Part shown: piece by piece, positions 18,701-28,725 of the stretch
Layout of the letters: every line of letters starts with the position of its first letter
How positions within the stretch are numbered: position 1 is the first letter of the stretch
Source of the DNA: an uncultured virus (IMG/VR IMGVR_UViG_3300047510_001499)
Taxonomy: Duplodnaviria > Heunggongvirae > Uroviricota > Caudoviricetes
Strand: one strand, 5' to 3'
DNA length: 64,000 nucleotides
IMG/VR virus record: IMGVR_UViG_3300047510_001499
Position numbers and translations under genes: made by a program
Notes under the pieces: model-generated
The model's database searches: none
The model's input: only the letters and a program-made list of their open reading frames with translations
What the model was told of the DNA's origin: nothing

Positions 18701-19096
18701 ATGAAGGTCGCATTGATAGGTGATGCTAGATATGAAAATCGTGGTGAAATCAAAGACCTTATATTCAAACTAAAACAAAAATTTGGAGACCAACTATCAA
18801 TTATCAGTCGTGGTAACAAAGATGGTATTGAAAAATGGGTTCGCAAATTTTGCATAGAATTGGATGTAAAGTATATTGAGTATAACCTTGCATCTACACC
18901 AATGAACCTATACAGTGGAATGTCCGAAGAATACTATGACAAACCACACCACCCCACCCAAAAATTACACCAATACGACTTGATTGCTCAAAACGCAGAC
19001 AAGATTATGTATTTTGGTCAAATTGATATTAAAGAGTGGAAACACTTTGAAAAAAGAGTATATTGGAACGATAAAAAAGTCACATTCGTACAATGA
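18701..19096 (+). CDS. SLOG/YspA-like protein
   Basis: KVALIG.R, ISRG.KDG.E pattern; ATG 18701 preferred (track start 18632). Confidence 0.55.
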   Translation: MKVALIGDARYENRGEIKDLIFKLKQKFGDQLSIISRGNKDGIEKWVRKFCIELDVKYIEYNLASTPMNLYSGMSEEYYDKPHHPTQKLHQYDLIAQNADKIMYFGQIDIKEWKHFEKRVYWNDKKVTFVQ

Positions 19097-20913
19097 TTAT
19101 ATTAGGAATACACACAGGACACGATGCGTCTCTATCACTAATGCGTGATGGTAAAATTGTATCAGCTATTGCAGTAGAAAGATTATCTCGTAGAAAAAAA
19201 GATGATTTTATTAGTCGTGAAGTATTTGATACTTTTTTAGAAAAAAATGGTATATCAATTGAAGAGGTTGATGTTATTACGATGGGGTTTTGGCATAAAC
19301 AATCAATTCCATTTATGAATATTTACTCACCACTTGATACCAAGTATCCATTAAGCACCTATGGAACATATGAGCTTGAAAGTAGAATATTAAGTGGAGT
19401 TGACCCAAATCATACACCACAATTAATTGATGGTTTGGGTTGGACTTTACCAATATACATTGACCGTATAACCCCACCATATGGAAGTGGAACGAGTCCA
19501 CACATTGGATATGCTAGACTGTGGGTTTTGATTGATGGGGTTGATAAAGTATTTCAAGGTTACTTTGTAGACCATCATACCGCACATTCTGCATACGCTT
19601 TTTACCTATCACCATTTAAAGAGTCTATGATTTTTACAGCTGATGCTAGTATAAGTGACCATATGGCTTGTAGTTCTATGCAATTTGGATGGGGTAATCA
19701 AATAAATCGGTTTAAGAATCCACAATATATGTATGGAAACTTTTACGATGTTGCTACGGAATGGTGTGGTATTGGACCTGGTGTATTAAAAGCGGGTGTT
19801 TTAATGGGGTTGGCTGCGTATGGTCAAGTTAGTCCAAAAACCAAAAAAAATTGGAAAAAATGGACCAAACCTATGAGAAAAAGAACTGAAGAGTTTGATA
19901 ATCTTTACATTGATTGGTTATGGTCTCAAATTAGTGGTAGATTTCCAAAAATTTGGTATCCACGCGAAGTTAACAAATACGAAGATACTTTTTACACAAG
20001 ACCACATCAGTATGTTTATACCAAAGAAGAGTCCGAGTCAAAAGAGGTAATGGGTGTTGCGGCTGATATTCAATATATGGCTGAGCGTTCATTGGTAAAA
20101 TATTCACAAGACCTTTACCAAGAAAGTAAAGAGTTCAATAAAAACTTATGTGCGGCTGGTGGTATATTTTTGAATTGTAATGCAAACTATAAAATTATTA
20201 CCGAAAGTGGATTTGAAAACTTCTTTTTAGCACCGGCTTGTGGTGATGATGGTATATCAATTGGTTCATCTTTATACGCTTATCATCATATTTTATTGAA
20301 CGATAAGATAGAACACAAAAATTCGGAAATTATGTATCTTGGGTTTGATTATGATTATCAACCATCAAGTAAATACACCGAAGTTGATTTGGATTTGGAT
20401 GTCATTGCTAATTCAGTTGCAGATGGTAAAATTGTTTGTTGGTTCCAAGGTCGTTCTGAATTTGGACCACGAGCCTTGGGTAATCGCTCATTCATTACCG
20501 ACCCACGAAGAAAGGAAATGAAAGACATCCTAAATTCAAGGGTTAAGTTCCGTGAGTGGTATAGACCATTTGCTCCTGTGATTTTGAATGAATACAAAGA
20601 AGAATGGTTCCAAATGGATTTTGAATCGCCATTTATGCTATTTACAGTTCCTTGTAAAAAACCACAAGAAATCCCATCCGCAGTTCATATTGACAATACA
20701 GGTCGTGTTCAGACTCTTCGTAGGGAAGACAATGAAAGATTTTACGATTTGATAGACAAGTTTAGACAAATCACGGGTGTTCCTATTGTGATGAATACCT
20801 CGTTAAATATCAAGGGTGAACCTATTGTTGAAACGCCGGAAGATGCTATGAAATTGTTTGAAGAATCCGATGTTGATGTGTTAGTAATCAACAACAAAAT
20901 GTATTTTAAATAA
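19093..20913 (+). CDS. O-carbamoyltransferase (NodU/CmcH/TobZ family)
   Basis: GHDAS, ERLSR.K, HH.AH, MGLAAYG, AGG.FLNC.AN, GDDG.SIG, EFGPRALG.RS, KFRE.YRPFAP, NTSLN..GEPIV. Confidence 0.93.
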   Translation: MIILGIHTGHDASLSLMRDGKIVSAIAVERLSRRKKDDFISREVFDTFLEKNGISIEEVDVITMGFWHKQSIPFMNIYSPLDTKYPLSTYGTYELESRILSGVDPNHTPQLIDGLGWTLPIYIDRITPPYGSGTSPHIGYARLWVLIDGVDKVFQGYFVDHHTAHSAYAFYLSPFKESMIFTADASISDHMACSSMQFGWGNQINRFKNPQYMYGNFYDVATEWCGIGPGVLKAGVLMGLAAYGQVSPKTKKNWKKWTKPMRKRTEEFDNLYIDWLWSQISGRFPKIWYPREVNKYEDTFYTRPHQYVYTKEESESKEVMGVAADIQYMAERSLVKYSQDLYQESKEFNKNLCAAGGIFLNCNANYKIITESGFENFFLAPACGDDGISIGSSLYAYHHILLNDKIEHKNSEIMYLGFDYDYQPSSKYTEVDLDLDVIANSVADGKIVCWFQGRSEFGPRALGNRSFITDPRRKEMKDILNSRVKFREWYRPFAPVILNEYKEEWFQMDFESPFMLFTVPCKKPQEIPSAVHIDNTGRVQTLRREDNERFYDLIDKFRQITGVPIVMNTSLNIKGEPIVETPEDAMKLFEESDVDVLVINNKMYFK

Positions 20914-20922
20914 CCAACTTTA

Positions 20923-20931
20923 ATACTTATA
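20923..20931 (+). promoter_or_regulatory. Putative phage late-promoter motif (ATACTTATA)
   Basis: One copy of the recurring intergenic TAnTTAT motif. Confidence 0.5.
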
Positions 20932-20946
20932 CCAAAGAGTTACGAT

Positions 20947-22371
20947 ATGGAATTACAATTACCAAAGCTACGAAAAGTAGACCCTAATAAACCAAAGAAA
21001 AAGAAGATTTTACTTCTATCGGATGACCTCCGATTGCATAGTGGAATCGCAACGCAGAGTAAAGAAATGGTCCTATCAACCCTACACAAATATGATTGGG
21101 TTCAGTTAGGTGCTGCTTTAAAACACCCCGATGAAGGTAAAGTGTTTGATGTATCAGCTGATGCTGCTAAAGAAAGTGGTGTTGAAGACGCGTACTTGAA
21201 GATTTACGCATCTACGGGCTATGGAAGTCCTGATGTGTTAAGAAACCTAATTAACATTGAAAAGCCGGATGCAATTCTACACTTTACCGACCCTCGTTTT
21301 TGGGGATGGTTATACAATATGGAACACGAAGTTCGGCAGTTTGTTCCTATTATGTATTACAATATTTGGGATTCATTGCCAGACCCAATGTGGAATGCTC
21401 CGTTCTACGCAAGTTGTGATTTGTTAATGTCCATCTCAAAACAAACATATGGTATCAACAAACGAGTGTTGGAAAAGTATGAAATGGCTAAAGAAGATTG
21501 GGCTTACAAATACATCCCACACGGAGTATCAAAATTGTTTAAACCACTACCAAGTGATGATTTAAACTTGGTAAAGTTCAAAGAAAAGTATGGTCTTGAC
21601 AAGTATGACTTTGTAGTTCTTTGGAACAATAGAAACATTCGTAGAAAAGTGCCAGGTGATATGATTCTTGCATTTAACGAGTTTGCAGAACGATATCAAG
21701 ACAAAAAGCTTCTATTGTTTATGCACACTCAACCCGTTGATGATAATGGAACGGATATTCCAGATGTAATCAAACACAATGGTAAGTTTGGTGAATACAA
21801 GTTCACCGATGCAAGATTCTCAACCGAAGAACTTAACCTATTTTACAATTCAGGTGATGTGATTCTAAACATCGCATCCAACGAAGGATTTGGTCTTGCG
21901 TCTTGTGAAGCTCTACGAGCTGGAACTCCAATTGTTGTAAATGTTACCGGCGGCCTCCAAGACCAATGTGGATTTGAATTGGATGGTAAACCGCTAACTG
22001 CAGAAGATTATGTAAAAATTGGTTCACTTCACAATCGTAGAGATTGGAATTCGCTTCAAAGTAATGGTAGATTAGTGTGGGGTGAGTGGGTATTTCCTGT
22101 ATGGCCATCTAACCTATCTCTTCAAGGTTCTCCCGCAACTCCATACATTTTTGATGACCGAGTTGATTACTACGAAGTAGCAGACCAACTTGATTGGTCC
22201 TTCAGAGAGGGTAGAGAAGCTCTTGTTGAATATGGTGAGATTGGTAGTCAATGGATTCAATCAGACGCAGGTATGTCTATGGAATCTATGGGTGGTAGAT
22301 TTGTTGAAGCTATTGAAGGATGTTTCCAAAATTGGACTCCTCGTAAACGATTTGAAATTTATAAAGCATGA
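20947..22371 (+). CDS. GT4-family glycosyltransferase
   Basis: NRN.RRK, EGFGL...EA...GTPIV...TGGL.DQ. Confidence 0.88.
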   Translation: MELQLPKLRKVDPNKPKKKKILLLSDDLRLHSGIATQSKEMVLSTLHKYDWVQLGAALKHPDEGKVFDVSADAAKESGVEDAYLKIYASTGYGSPDVLRNLINIEKPDAILHFTDPRFWGWLYNMEHEVRQFVPIMYYNIWDSLPDPMWNAPFYASCDLLMSISKQTYGINKRVLEKYEMAKEDWAYKYIPHGVSKLFKPLPSDDLNLVKFKEKYGLDKYDFVVLWNNRNIRRKVPGDMILAFNEFAERYQDKKLLLFMHTQPVDDNGTDIPDVIKHNGKFGEYKFTDARFSTEELNLFYNSGDVILNIASNEGFGLASCEALRAGTPIVVNVTGGLQDQCGFELDGKPLTAEDYVKIGSLHNRRDWNSLQSNGRLVWGEWVFPVWPSNLSLQGSPATPYIFDDRVDYYEVADQLDWSFREGREALVEYGEIGSQWIQSDAGMSMESMGGRFVEAIEGCFQNWTPRKRFEIYKA

Positions 22372-23642
22372 AAAAGTTATGTGTAGTTAGTTGCCCTATC
22401 GCAACACGCAGTGGTTATGGTTCTCGTTCAAGAGATTTTGTTCGTTCACTAATCCAAGTAAAGGGTGAGGAGTGGGATATTCGTATCCTACCACAACGAT
22501 GGGGTAATACACCTCAAACAGCTCTTACTGATGCAGACCAAGATTTGACCTCACGATTTGTGACCAAGTTGGAAACCAAGCCCGATGTGTGGATTCAAAT
22601 CACCATTCCAAGTGAGTTCCAATCCGTTGGTCACTACAACATTGGTGTATCTGCAGTGATTGAAACCAACCAAGCCAGCCCAGCATTCATTGAAGGATGT
22701 AATCGTATGGATTTGAATCTTGTATCATCCAATCACTCCGCAACTACATTAAGTGTTAGTTACGACAAAATGGATGATAAGACCAAACAAAAAATTGGTG
22801 AGTTGAAACTTACCAAACCCGTTGAGGTTTTGTTTGAGGGATTCCACGAAGACATTTATGATAACAAAAAACCAATTCATAGTTCAGTAAATCAAGTGAT
22901 GTCAGATATCAAAGAAGATTTCGCATTTCTATTTGTAGGTCATTGGTTACAAGGAAACTCTGGTGAAGACCGAAAGAATGTTAGTGGACTTGTTTATACA
23001 TTCCTTGAATCTTTCAAAAACAAGTCAAAGAAGCCAGCACTTATTTTGAAAACATCACTTGTAGCTCCGGGCATTACAAATGTTCACGAAGTTCGTAAAC
23101 GAATTGAGATGATTAAAAACCAAGTAGACTCAAAGAATCTGCCAAATGTTTACATTCTTGATGGTGAACTTTCGGATGAAGAAATGAACTCACTATACAA
23201 CCATCCAAAAGTAAAAGCGCACGTATCTTTTACAAAAGGTGAGGGTTTTGGTAGACCTCTATTAGAAGCTTGTGTGAGTGGTAAACCAATTATCGCATCA
23301 AAGTGGAGTGGTCATTTGGATTTTCTACACAATGATTACAATTTCTTGATTGGTGGTGATGTTAAACAAGTTCATCCATCATCGGCTAACGATTGGATTA
23401 TGAAAGAAGCCAGTTGGTTTACTATAAATTATTCAGACGCGGGTGCTCATCTAAAATGGATTTACGATAATTATAATAAAGCAGAAGAGAGGTCTCGTAA
23501 GAATCGTAAGTATGTAAAGGATAATTTCACCATTGAAAAAATGACTCAATTGCTTGGTGATATTCTACAAAAGTATGACGCCGGAAAAGGACCCCAACAA
23601 GTTACACTTCAACTACCTAAATTGAAGAAATTAGATGCCTGA
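22368..23642 (+). CDS. GT4-family glycosyltransferase
   Basis: SGYG, DRKN, GEGFGRPLLEA...GKPIIAS.WSGH.DF. Confidence 0.88.
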   Translation: MKKLCVVSCPIATRSGYGSRSRDFVRSLIQVKGEEWDIRILPQRWGNTPQTALTDADQDLTSRFVTKLETKPDVWIQITIPSEFQSVGHYNIGVSAVIETNQASPAFIEGCNRMDLNLVSSNHSATTLSVSYDKMDDKTKQKIGELKLTKPVEVLFEGFHEDIYDNKKPIHSSVNQVMSDIKEDFAFLFVGHWLQGNSGEDRKNVSGLVYTFLESFKNKSKKPALILKTSLVAPGITNVHEVRKRIEMIKNQVDSKNLPNVYILDGELSDEEMNSLYNHPKVKAHVSFTKGEGFGRPLLEACVSGKPIIASKWSGHLDFLHNDYNFLIGGDVKQVHPSSANDWIMKEASWFTINYSDAGAHLKWIYDNYNKAEERSRKNRKYVKDNFTIEKMTQLLGDILQKYDAGKGPQQVTLQLPKLKKLDA

Positions 23643-24108
23643 TTTTAAAAACCAACATCGGAATAAGATGACTGACCCTACACGACTCCAAAAGTCAAAC
23701 TTGGAGAGAGGTATGGTTGCAAAAATTGATTACACCAAAACTAATGGTGAAACGGGTGATTATTTCGTGTTTGTTTTACAACCAAAGTTTAAGGAATACT
23801 TACATTGTATAGACCTTGATAAGGTCAGTCCAATTGTATTTTCAAAACTGGCGGAAGACTATCCGGAGATTATGGCGGAATCAACTCGTGTTCGTAAATT
23901 GGACTTAACTAAACTACGAATAGATGAGTCATCCAAAGCATTCTATATGGGTGAAATCAAAAGAAAAAAACTACAAGAAGGTTACCGAACTTTAATTTAC
24001 AAGAATGTGGGTCCGATAATGGTATTCAATTACAACTATGGTGTAAACGATAAAGTTGCTGCGGCAAATAAAAGAAGACAAGAAGAACAAGTTCAAAAAG
24101 ATGATTGA
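23635..24108 (+). CDS. Hypothetical protein
   Basis: 157 aa ORF overlapping neighbours; no confident motif. Confidence 0.6.
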   Translation: MPDFKNQHRNKMTDPTRLQKSNLERGMVAKIDYTKTNGETGDYFVFVLQPKFKEYLHCIDLDKVSPIVFSKLAEDYPEIMAESTRVRKLDLTKLRIDESSKAFYMGEIKRKKLQEGYRTLIYKNVGPIMVFNYNYGVNDKVAAANKRRQEEQVQKDD

Positions 24109-24728
24109 TTATGAAAATTAGTTACGCAGTTACGGTTTGTAATGAGTTTATTGAAATACAACGATTACTAACATTTCTTATTGACCGAAAACAACCACAA
24201 GATGAAATTGTGGTTTTCTATGATACAAACCACGGAACACCAGAAGTGGAACGATACCTAACAATATTGGGTAGTAGTATCCGAAGAATCGGTTATCACT
24301 TTGATGGTCACTTTGGACATATGAAGAACGCATTAACCGAAGCTTGTTTGGGAGATTACATTTTTCAGATTGATGCAGATGAAATTCCCAATGAAGTTCT
24401 TATGGACAACATTCACCCAATCTTGGAAGAAAATGATGTGGATGTAATTCTCGTACCACGAGTAAATACAGTAGAAGGTTTGACCCAAGAACACATTCAA
24501 AAATGGGGATGGCGATTAAATGAAAAGGGTTGGGTAAATTTTCCAGACCCTCAATGGCGAATCTACAAGAACAATGGAGTCATTCGTTGGGAAAACAAGG
24601 TTCACGAAAAACTCGTTGGATATGAAACTATTTCAAACCTACCTTGGACCGAAGAACTTTCCTTATATCATCCAAAGGGAATAGAAAGACAAGAACGACA
24701 AAACGATTATTACGAAACCCTATCGTGA
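24105..24728 (+). CDS. GT2-family glycosyltransferase
   Basis: ISYAVTVCNE, IDADE, PD.Q.RIYKN, VHE. Confidence 0.88.
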   Translation: MIMKISYAVTVCNEFIEIQRLLTFLIDRKQPQDEIVVFYDTNHGTPEVERYLTILGSSIRRIGYHFDGHFGHMKNALTEACLGDYIFQIDADEIPNEVLMDNIHPILEENDVDVILVPRVNTVEGLTQEHIQKWGWRLNEKGWVNFPDPQWRIYKNNGVIRWENKVHEKLVGYETISNLPWTEELSLYHPKGIERQERQNDYYETLS

Positions 24729-24780
24729 TGGGTGTTTTGGAAACGAATCGTGTGTCATAAAGAAAATTTTACAATTATCT

Positions 24781-25614
24781 ATGTTTGATATAAAGCCATT
24801 TCGCGAAGAAGTTTTGGATATCCTAAAGCAGAGCGGTAATCATTACAATACAAAAACCATAACCTTAAATAGAGTTGGTAAGGAATTCTCGTATCATAGA
24901 TGGTTACATCCATATCAAGGTGATTGGGAAGTTGAGTATCTCTTTACGGAAGAAATCTTACAAAACCTTTCAAAAATTATCTTACCCCATTCCACCGTCA
25001 TTGATGTTGGAGCCCAAGTAGGAAATATGTCCATTGCGTATTCCTTGTTCGCAGACAAAGTTATTTCGTTTGAACCAAACCCTGCTACCTTTGAAGTTTT
25101 GGAAAAAAACTCAAAGTTAAATCCAAATATCCACCCATACAATTATGCGGTTTCGGATGAAGAAGGTGAACTTACTTTTCACTATTCCGATATGGGATTT
25201 TGTAATGGTGGATTTGCTACTCGTACACACTTTGGAGTTGGTGTAACCGGTCACAAAATTCCAATTGATGTTTATGGTGTAAATCTACCAAAATTTATTG
25301 AAGATGAAAATATTGATTTGGGTGTGGTATCTTTAATAAAAGTAGACGCAGAGGGTCACGATAAAGACATTTTAAAAACTTTAAAACCAATTATTGAAGT
25401 TCATCATCCTTATTTGATTACGGAAATTTATAATGGATTGGATGTTCAAGAAACACAAGAGTTATTAGATGTTATTCATTCCTATGGTTATAAAATTTAT
25501 GATGAAGAATTCAATAAATGTAACCTTGAAAATTTAGGTAAAGAAATCAAGTCAGCAGTAGATATCACTCCGGGCTCTGGTCATAATTTGTTTTGTATTT
25601 ATGATTCCAAATAA
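24781..25614 (+). CDS. FkbM-family methyltransferase
   Basis: IDVGAQVG, FEPNP, IKVDAEGHD. Confidence 0.88.
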   Translation: MFDIKPFREEVLDILKQSGNHYNTKTITLNRVGKEFSYHRWLHPYQGDWEVEYLFTEEILQNLSKIILPHSTVIDVGAQVGNMSIAYSLFADKVISFEPNPATFEVLEKNSKLNPNIHPYNYAVSDEEGELTFHYSDMGFCNGGFATRTHFGVGVTGHKIPIDVYGVNLPKFIEDENIDLGVVSLIKVDAEGHDKDILKTLKPIIEVHHPYLITEIYNGLDVQETQELLDVIHSYGYKIYDEEFNKCNLENLGKEIKSAVDITPGSGHNLFCIYDSK

Positions 25615-26353
25615 ATTACACTATGTTCATTTGAGTGCTGGTGGTAGGGAATGGAAACTACATCATTATTTGTCAGTTAAATCTGCATATATTCGTGGTG
25701 GGTTTGATTCTATTACCATTTGGATGGATACTGAACCAAGTGGAGATTGGTGGGATTTAACAAAACCTATGGTGAAATTAGAGTTTGTAGAACCACCTGT
25801 TGAAATTTTCGGAAAACCCATCATACAACAAGCACACAAATCAGATGTAATTAGACTACAAGTTCTTTTGGATGAGGGTGGTGTGTATGCTGACACGGAT
25901 ACTATTTTTGTAAAACCATATACCGACTTACTAAACAACAAAGTGGTTATGGGTCAACAAGGAGTAGATGGTTCTGAAGGATTGTGTCCGGCTATAATTC
26001 TTTCCGAACCAAATTCAACTTTTCTTACACGGTGGTTGATGGGATTTGAATATTCTTTTGGTGGAGGGCCTCCGGGCTCACCAACTTGGTGTACTCATTC
26101 AGTTGCATATCCCCTTTGGTTATCGCGTCAGATTGCGGATGAAATAACAATTTTAAATCATCAAGCTTTTTTCTGGCCGTTATATCACCAAGACCACATA
26201 GAAGCCCTTTTTGAAAGAAACCTTGAGTTTGAAAACGCGTACTCACATCATCTTTGGGAAAGTAGTGGTAAAAAATATTTAGATGAATTAACCATAGATA
26301 AAATTAAAACACAAAACACATCATTTCATATGATGGTTAGAAATTTGGTATGA
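25601..26353 (+). CDS. DXD glycosyltransferase (GT32-like)
   Basis: MIPNKLHY, AHKSDVIRL..L...GGVYADTD, HLW. Confidence 0.85.
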   Translation: MIPNKLHYVHLSAGGREWKLHHYLSVKSAYIRGGFDSITIWMDTEPSGDWWDLTKPMVKLEFVEPPVEIFGKPIIQQAHKSDVIRLQVLLDEGGVYADTDTIFVKPYTDLLNNKVVMGQQGVDGSEGLCPAIILSEPNSTFLTRWLMGFEYSFGGGPPGSPTWCTHSVAYPLWLSRQIADEITILNHQAFFWPLYHQDHIEALFERNLEFENAYSHHLWESSGKKYLDELTIDKIKTQNTSFHMMVRNLV

Positions 26354-27552
26354 ATATAGTTTTATACGCGGGTGACCAAAAATACTATAAGACCCTACTA
26401 CCCATAGCTTTAGAGGTAAAACGTAGAGGTCACGATTTTTTATTTTTATATAGCGAAGAAACTCAATTAAAATACCCACACGAAAAAGAATACTTTTCTT
26501 ATGATGGTAGTTTTTCTGAAAATAAAGAATCTGTTGTATCACAAACTTTGGGTGTTGAGATACCATTTAAACCAGACATTTTAATTTTAGCCAGAGAGCG
26601 CTGGCAACCTGAACAATCAATTATTTACGAATTCAAAGAAAAATTTGGGTGTAAGATAGGATTAATTGAGGTTAGCAGCCATCTTATAAACAACATAGAA
26701 AATAGACTTGAAATGTTGTCAAGAATGAACTATCCACAAAATATGATTGATTACTACTTTGAACACAGCGAGTTTGCAAAAGAAAGAAGAATTGATTGTA
26801 TGAATGAGAGCTATCGTGACAAAATAAAGGTAGTTGGCAATCCAAGATTCTCAAACATAAAACTAAATGGGTCTTTGGAAAAATACAATATTGATTTGGA
26901 CAAAAAACAAATATTGTTTTGGGGTGTAATTAATACAACACGAGATATTTCCTTTCAGGCGTTAAAAACTTTGGTTGAAAAAACAAAATATACACATCAA
27001 GTGTTTTATAAATGTTATCCGGGAGAACCAACAAACCCAAAATTTATTAATCAATTTAATCCATTTGTAGTGGATGGGGTTCAGATAGTGTATGATGAAA
27101 GCGATGTATTTGATATTGCTAATTTGTGTGATATACACATTGGTCAAATGAGCAGTGTATTTAATTTTGGATTTTATTTCAATAAAACAATTGTTAATTT
27201 GGACAGCGTGTGTGACGCATCTAACAAAATGAATGATATTAATACGTTCATAAATGAAACAGGAAATGGAGTAGAAGATTCCGCTAAGTTTTGGATGAAT
27301 ATATGGAAAATACCAACCATTGAAGACTTTAAAAAGTTTGTTGATGTTGATAGATTGCAAAAATTTAATCAAACCAATTTGATAGTTATGGACATAGTTA
27401 AACAAAACACGATTGATTTTGATTGGAATTGTGAATTTTTATCAAAACCAAAAAAAGATTACCGTGATTTAATTAAACTATTTGATGAATATGAACTTGA
27501 TGGTAACACATCAATTAGAATTTTAGATTTTTTAGAAAATGAAACTAACTGA
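26350..27552 (+). CDS. GT-B fold protein (candidate sialyl-/glycosyltransferase)
   Basis: VVGNPRF, ILF, K..P, SSV and terminal DG..SIRILDFL pattern shared by TagF-like, sialyltransferase and epimerase GT-B proteins. Confidence 0.5.
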   Translation: MNIVLYAGDQKYYKTLLPIALEVKRRGHDFLFLYSEETQLKYPHEKEYFSYDGSFSENKESVVSQTLGVEIPFKPDILILARERWQPEQSIIYEFKEKFGCKIGLIEVSSHLINNIENRLEMLSRMNYPQNMIDYYFEHSEFAKERRIDCMNESYRDKIKVVGNPRFSNIKLNGSLEKYNIDLDKKQILFWGVINTTRDISFQALKTLVEKTKYTHQVFYKCYPGEPTNPKFINQFNPFVVDGVQIVYDESDVFDIANLCDIHIGQMSSVFNFGFYFNKTIVNLDSVCDASNKMNDINTFINETGNGVEDSAKFWMNIWKIPTIEDFKKFVDVDRLQKFNQTNLIVMDIVKQNTIDFDWNCEFLSKPKKDYRDLIKLFDEYELDGNTSIRILDFLENETN

Positions 27553-28114
27553 AGAAATATTTAATTCGTTAAGTGGTAAAGCTACCAACGGATTTAATGA
27601 TGTAAAAACGTATCTTGAAATTGGTGTTAGAGAAGGTAATACGTTCTCTTTAAGAGTACCCGTTGTGAGTCAGAAATGTGTTGCGATTGATTGCTGGGAT
27701 TTGTACGAAACGCCATCTCAAAACGATATGAATCGTAATCGTGAAGAAGCAAAATATCAATATGAAAATTTAAATAAAAAGTTTTCTGATAATAATAAGG
27801 TAGAAGTTATTAGAGCATTCTCAAATGATTCTGAAATTATTTCACAATTTGGAGATGGTTACTTTGATTTAATTTTTATTGATGGAGACCATTCATATGA
27901 GGGTGTAAAGGAAGACCTCAATAACTGGTGGTCAAAATGTAATACTTTGTTTTGTGGTCACGATTATATGTTAACTGATACGATTTGGGGTGGTGTAAAA
28001 TGCGGTGTAAAGCAGGCGGTTGATGAGTTTGTTAATGAAAAAAAAGAAGACATCAAAATGTTTAGGGTACATACCGAATCTACAAACCCAACTTGGTTTA
28101 TTTGGAAAAAATGA
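27539..28114 (+). CDS. Class I SAM methyltransferase (Methyltransf_24-like)
   Basis: LEIGVREG, FIDGDHSYEGV..D, GHDY. Confidence 0.85.
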   Translation: MKLTEEIFNSLSGKATNGFNDVKTYLEIGVREGNTFSLRVPVVSQKCVAIDCWDLYETPSQNDMNRNREEAKYQYENLNKKFSDNNKVEVIRAFSNDSEIISQFGDGYFDLIFIDGDHSYEGVKEDLNNWWSKCNTLFCGHDYMLTDTIWGGVKCGVKQAVDEFVNEKKEDIKMFRVHTESTNPTWFIWKK

Positions 28115-28404
28115 ATATCTACGTTGATATAGATGAAACCATTTGTTTTTATGATGGTGAAAGAAATTACGAAAATGCAATACCAAATTTGGAAAATATA
28201 AAAAAAATTCGTATATTGTATGACCAAGGACATACTATAACATATTGGAGTGCTAGAGGTAGTGTTACTGGAATAAATTGGTATGATATAACTAAAAAAC
28301 AATTAGATGATTGGGGATGTAAATACCACAATTTAAGTGTGGGTGAAAAACCAGCATATGATTTATTAATATGTGATAAAACAAAACGAATAGAAGAACT
28401 TTAA
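28111..28404 (+). CDS. Small HAD-family phosphatase
   Basis: VDIDETI, WSARG, KP..D..ICDK. Confidence 0.78.
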   Translation: MNIYVDIDETICFYDGERNYENAIPNLENIKKIRILYDQGHTITYWSARGSVTGINWYDITKKQLDDWGCKYHNLSVGEKPAYDLLICDKTKRIEEL

Positions 28405-28725
28405 ATGGAACAAACATACATCACTAAAATAAAAGATGAAAGTTGTCTAGCCGAAGGTCATCTTAAACATATTGATATTCAGTATCTAACCGAAGGTGAA
28501 GAGGTAATAGAAATCTATTCAAAAGATGAAGTTGAGCTGGTTCAAGAATATGATATTGAAAAAGATTACGCATTATATAAACCTATAAAAGAGGGAAGAA
28601 AAGTAATACTAAAACCTTATGAATTTTTAATATTATATCCAAACGACTTACATATACCAGGACTTGCGTCTGGCAATCCGCAAGAAGTAAAAAAAGTAGT
28701 AATTAAAATACCCTACAACAAATGA
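28405..28725 (+). CDS. YhcH/YjgK/YiaL (NanQ-like, DUF386) protein
   Basis: E.H.KHIDIQY...GEE.I, YD.EKD, YP.D.H.P, KKVVIK. Confidence 0.8.
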   Translation: MEQTYITKIKDESCLAEGHLKHIDIQYLTEGEEVIEIYSKDEVELVQEYDIEKDYALYKPIKEGRKVILKPYEFLILYPNDLHIPGLASGNPQEVKKVVIKIPYNK

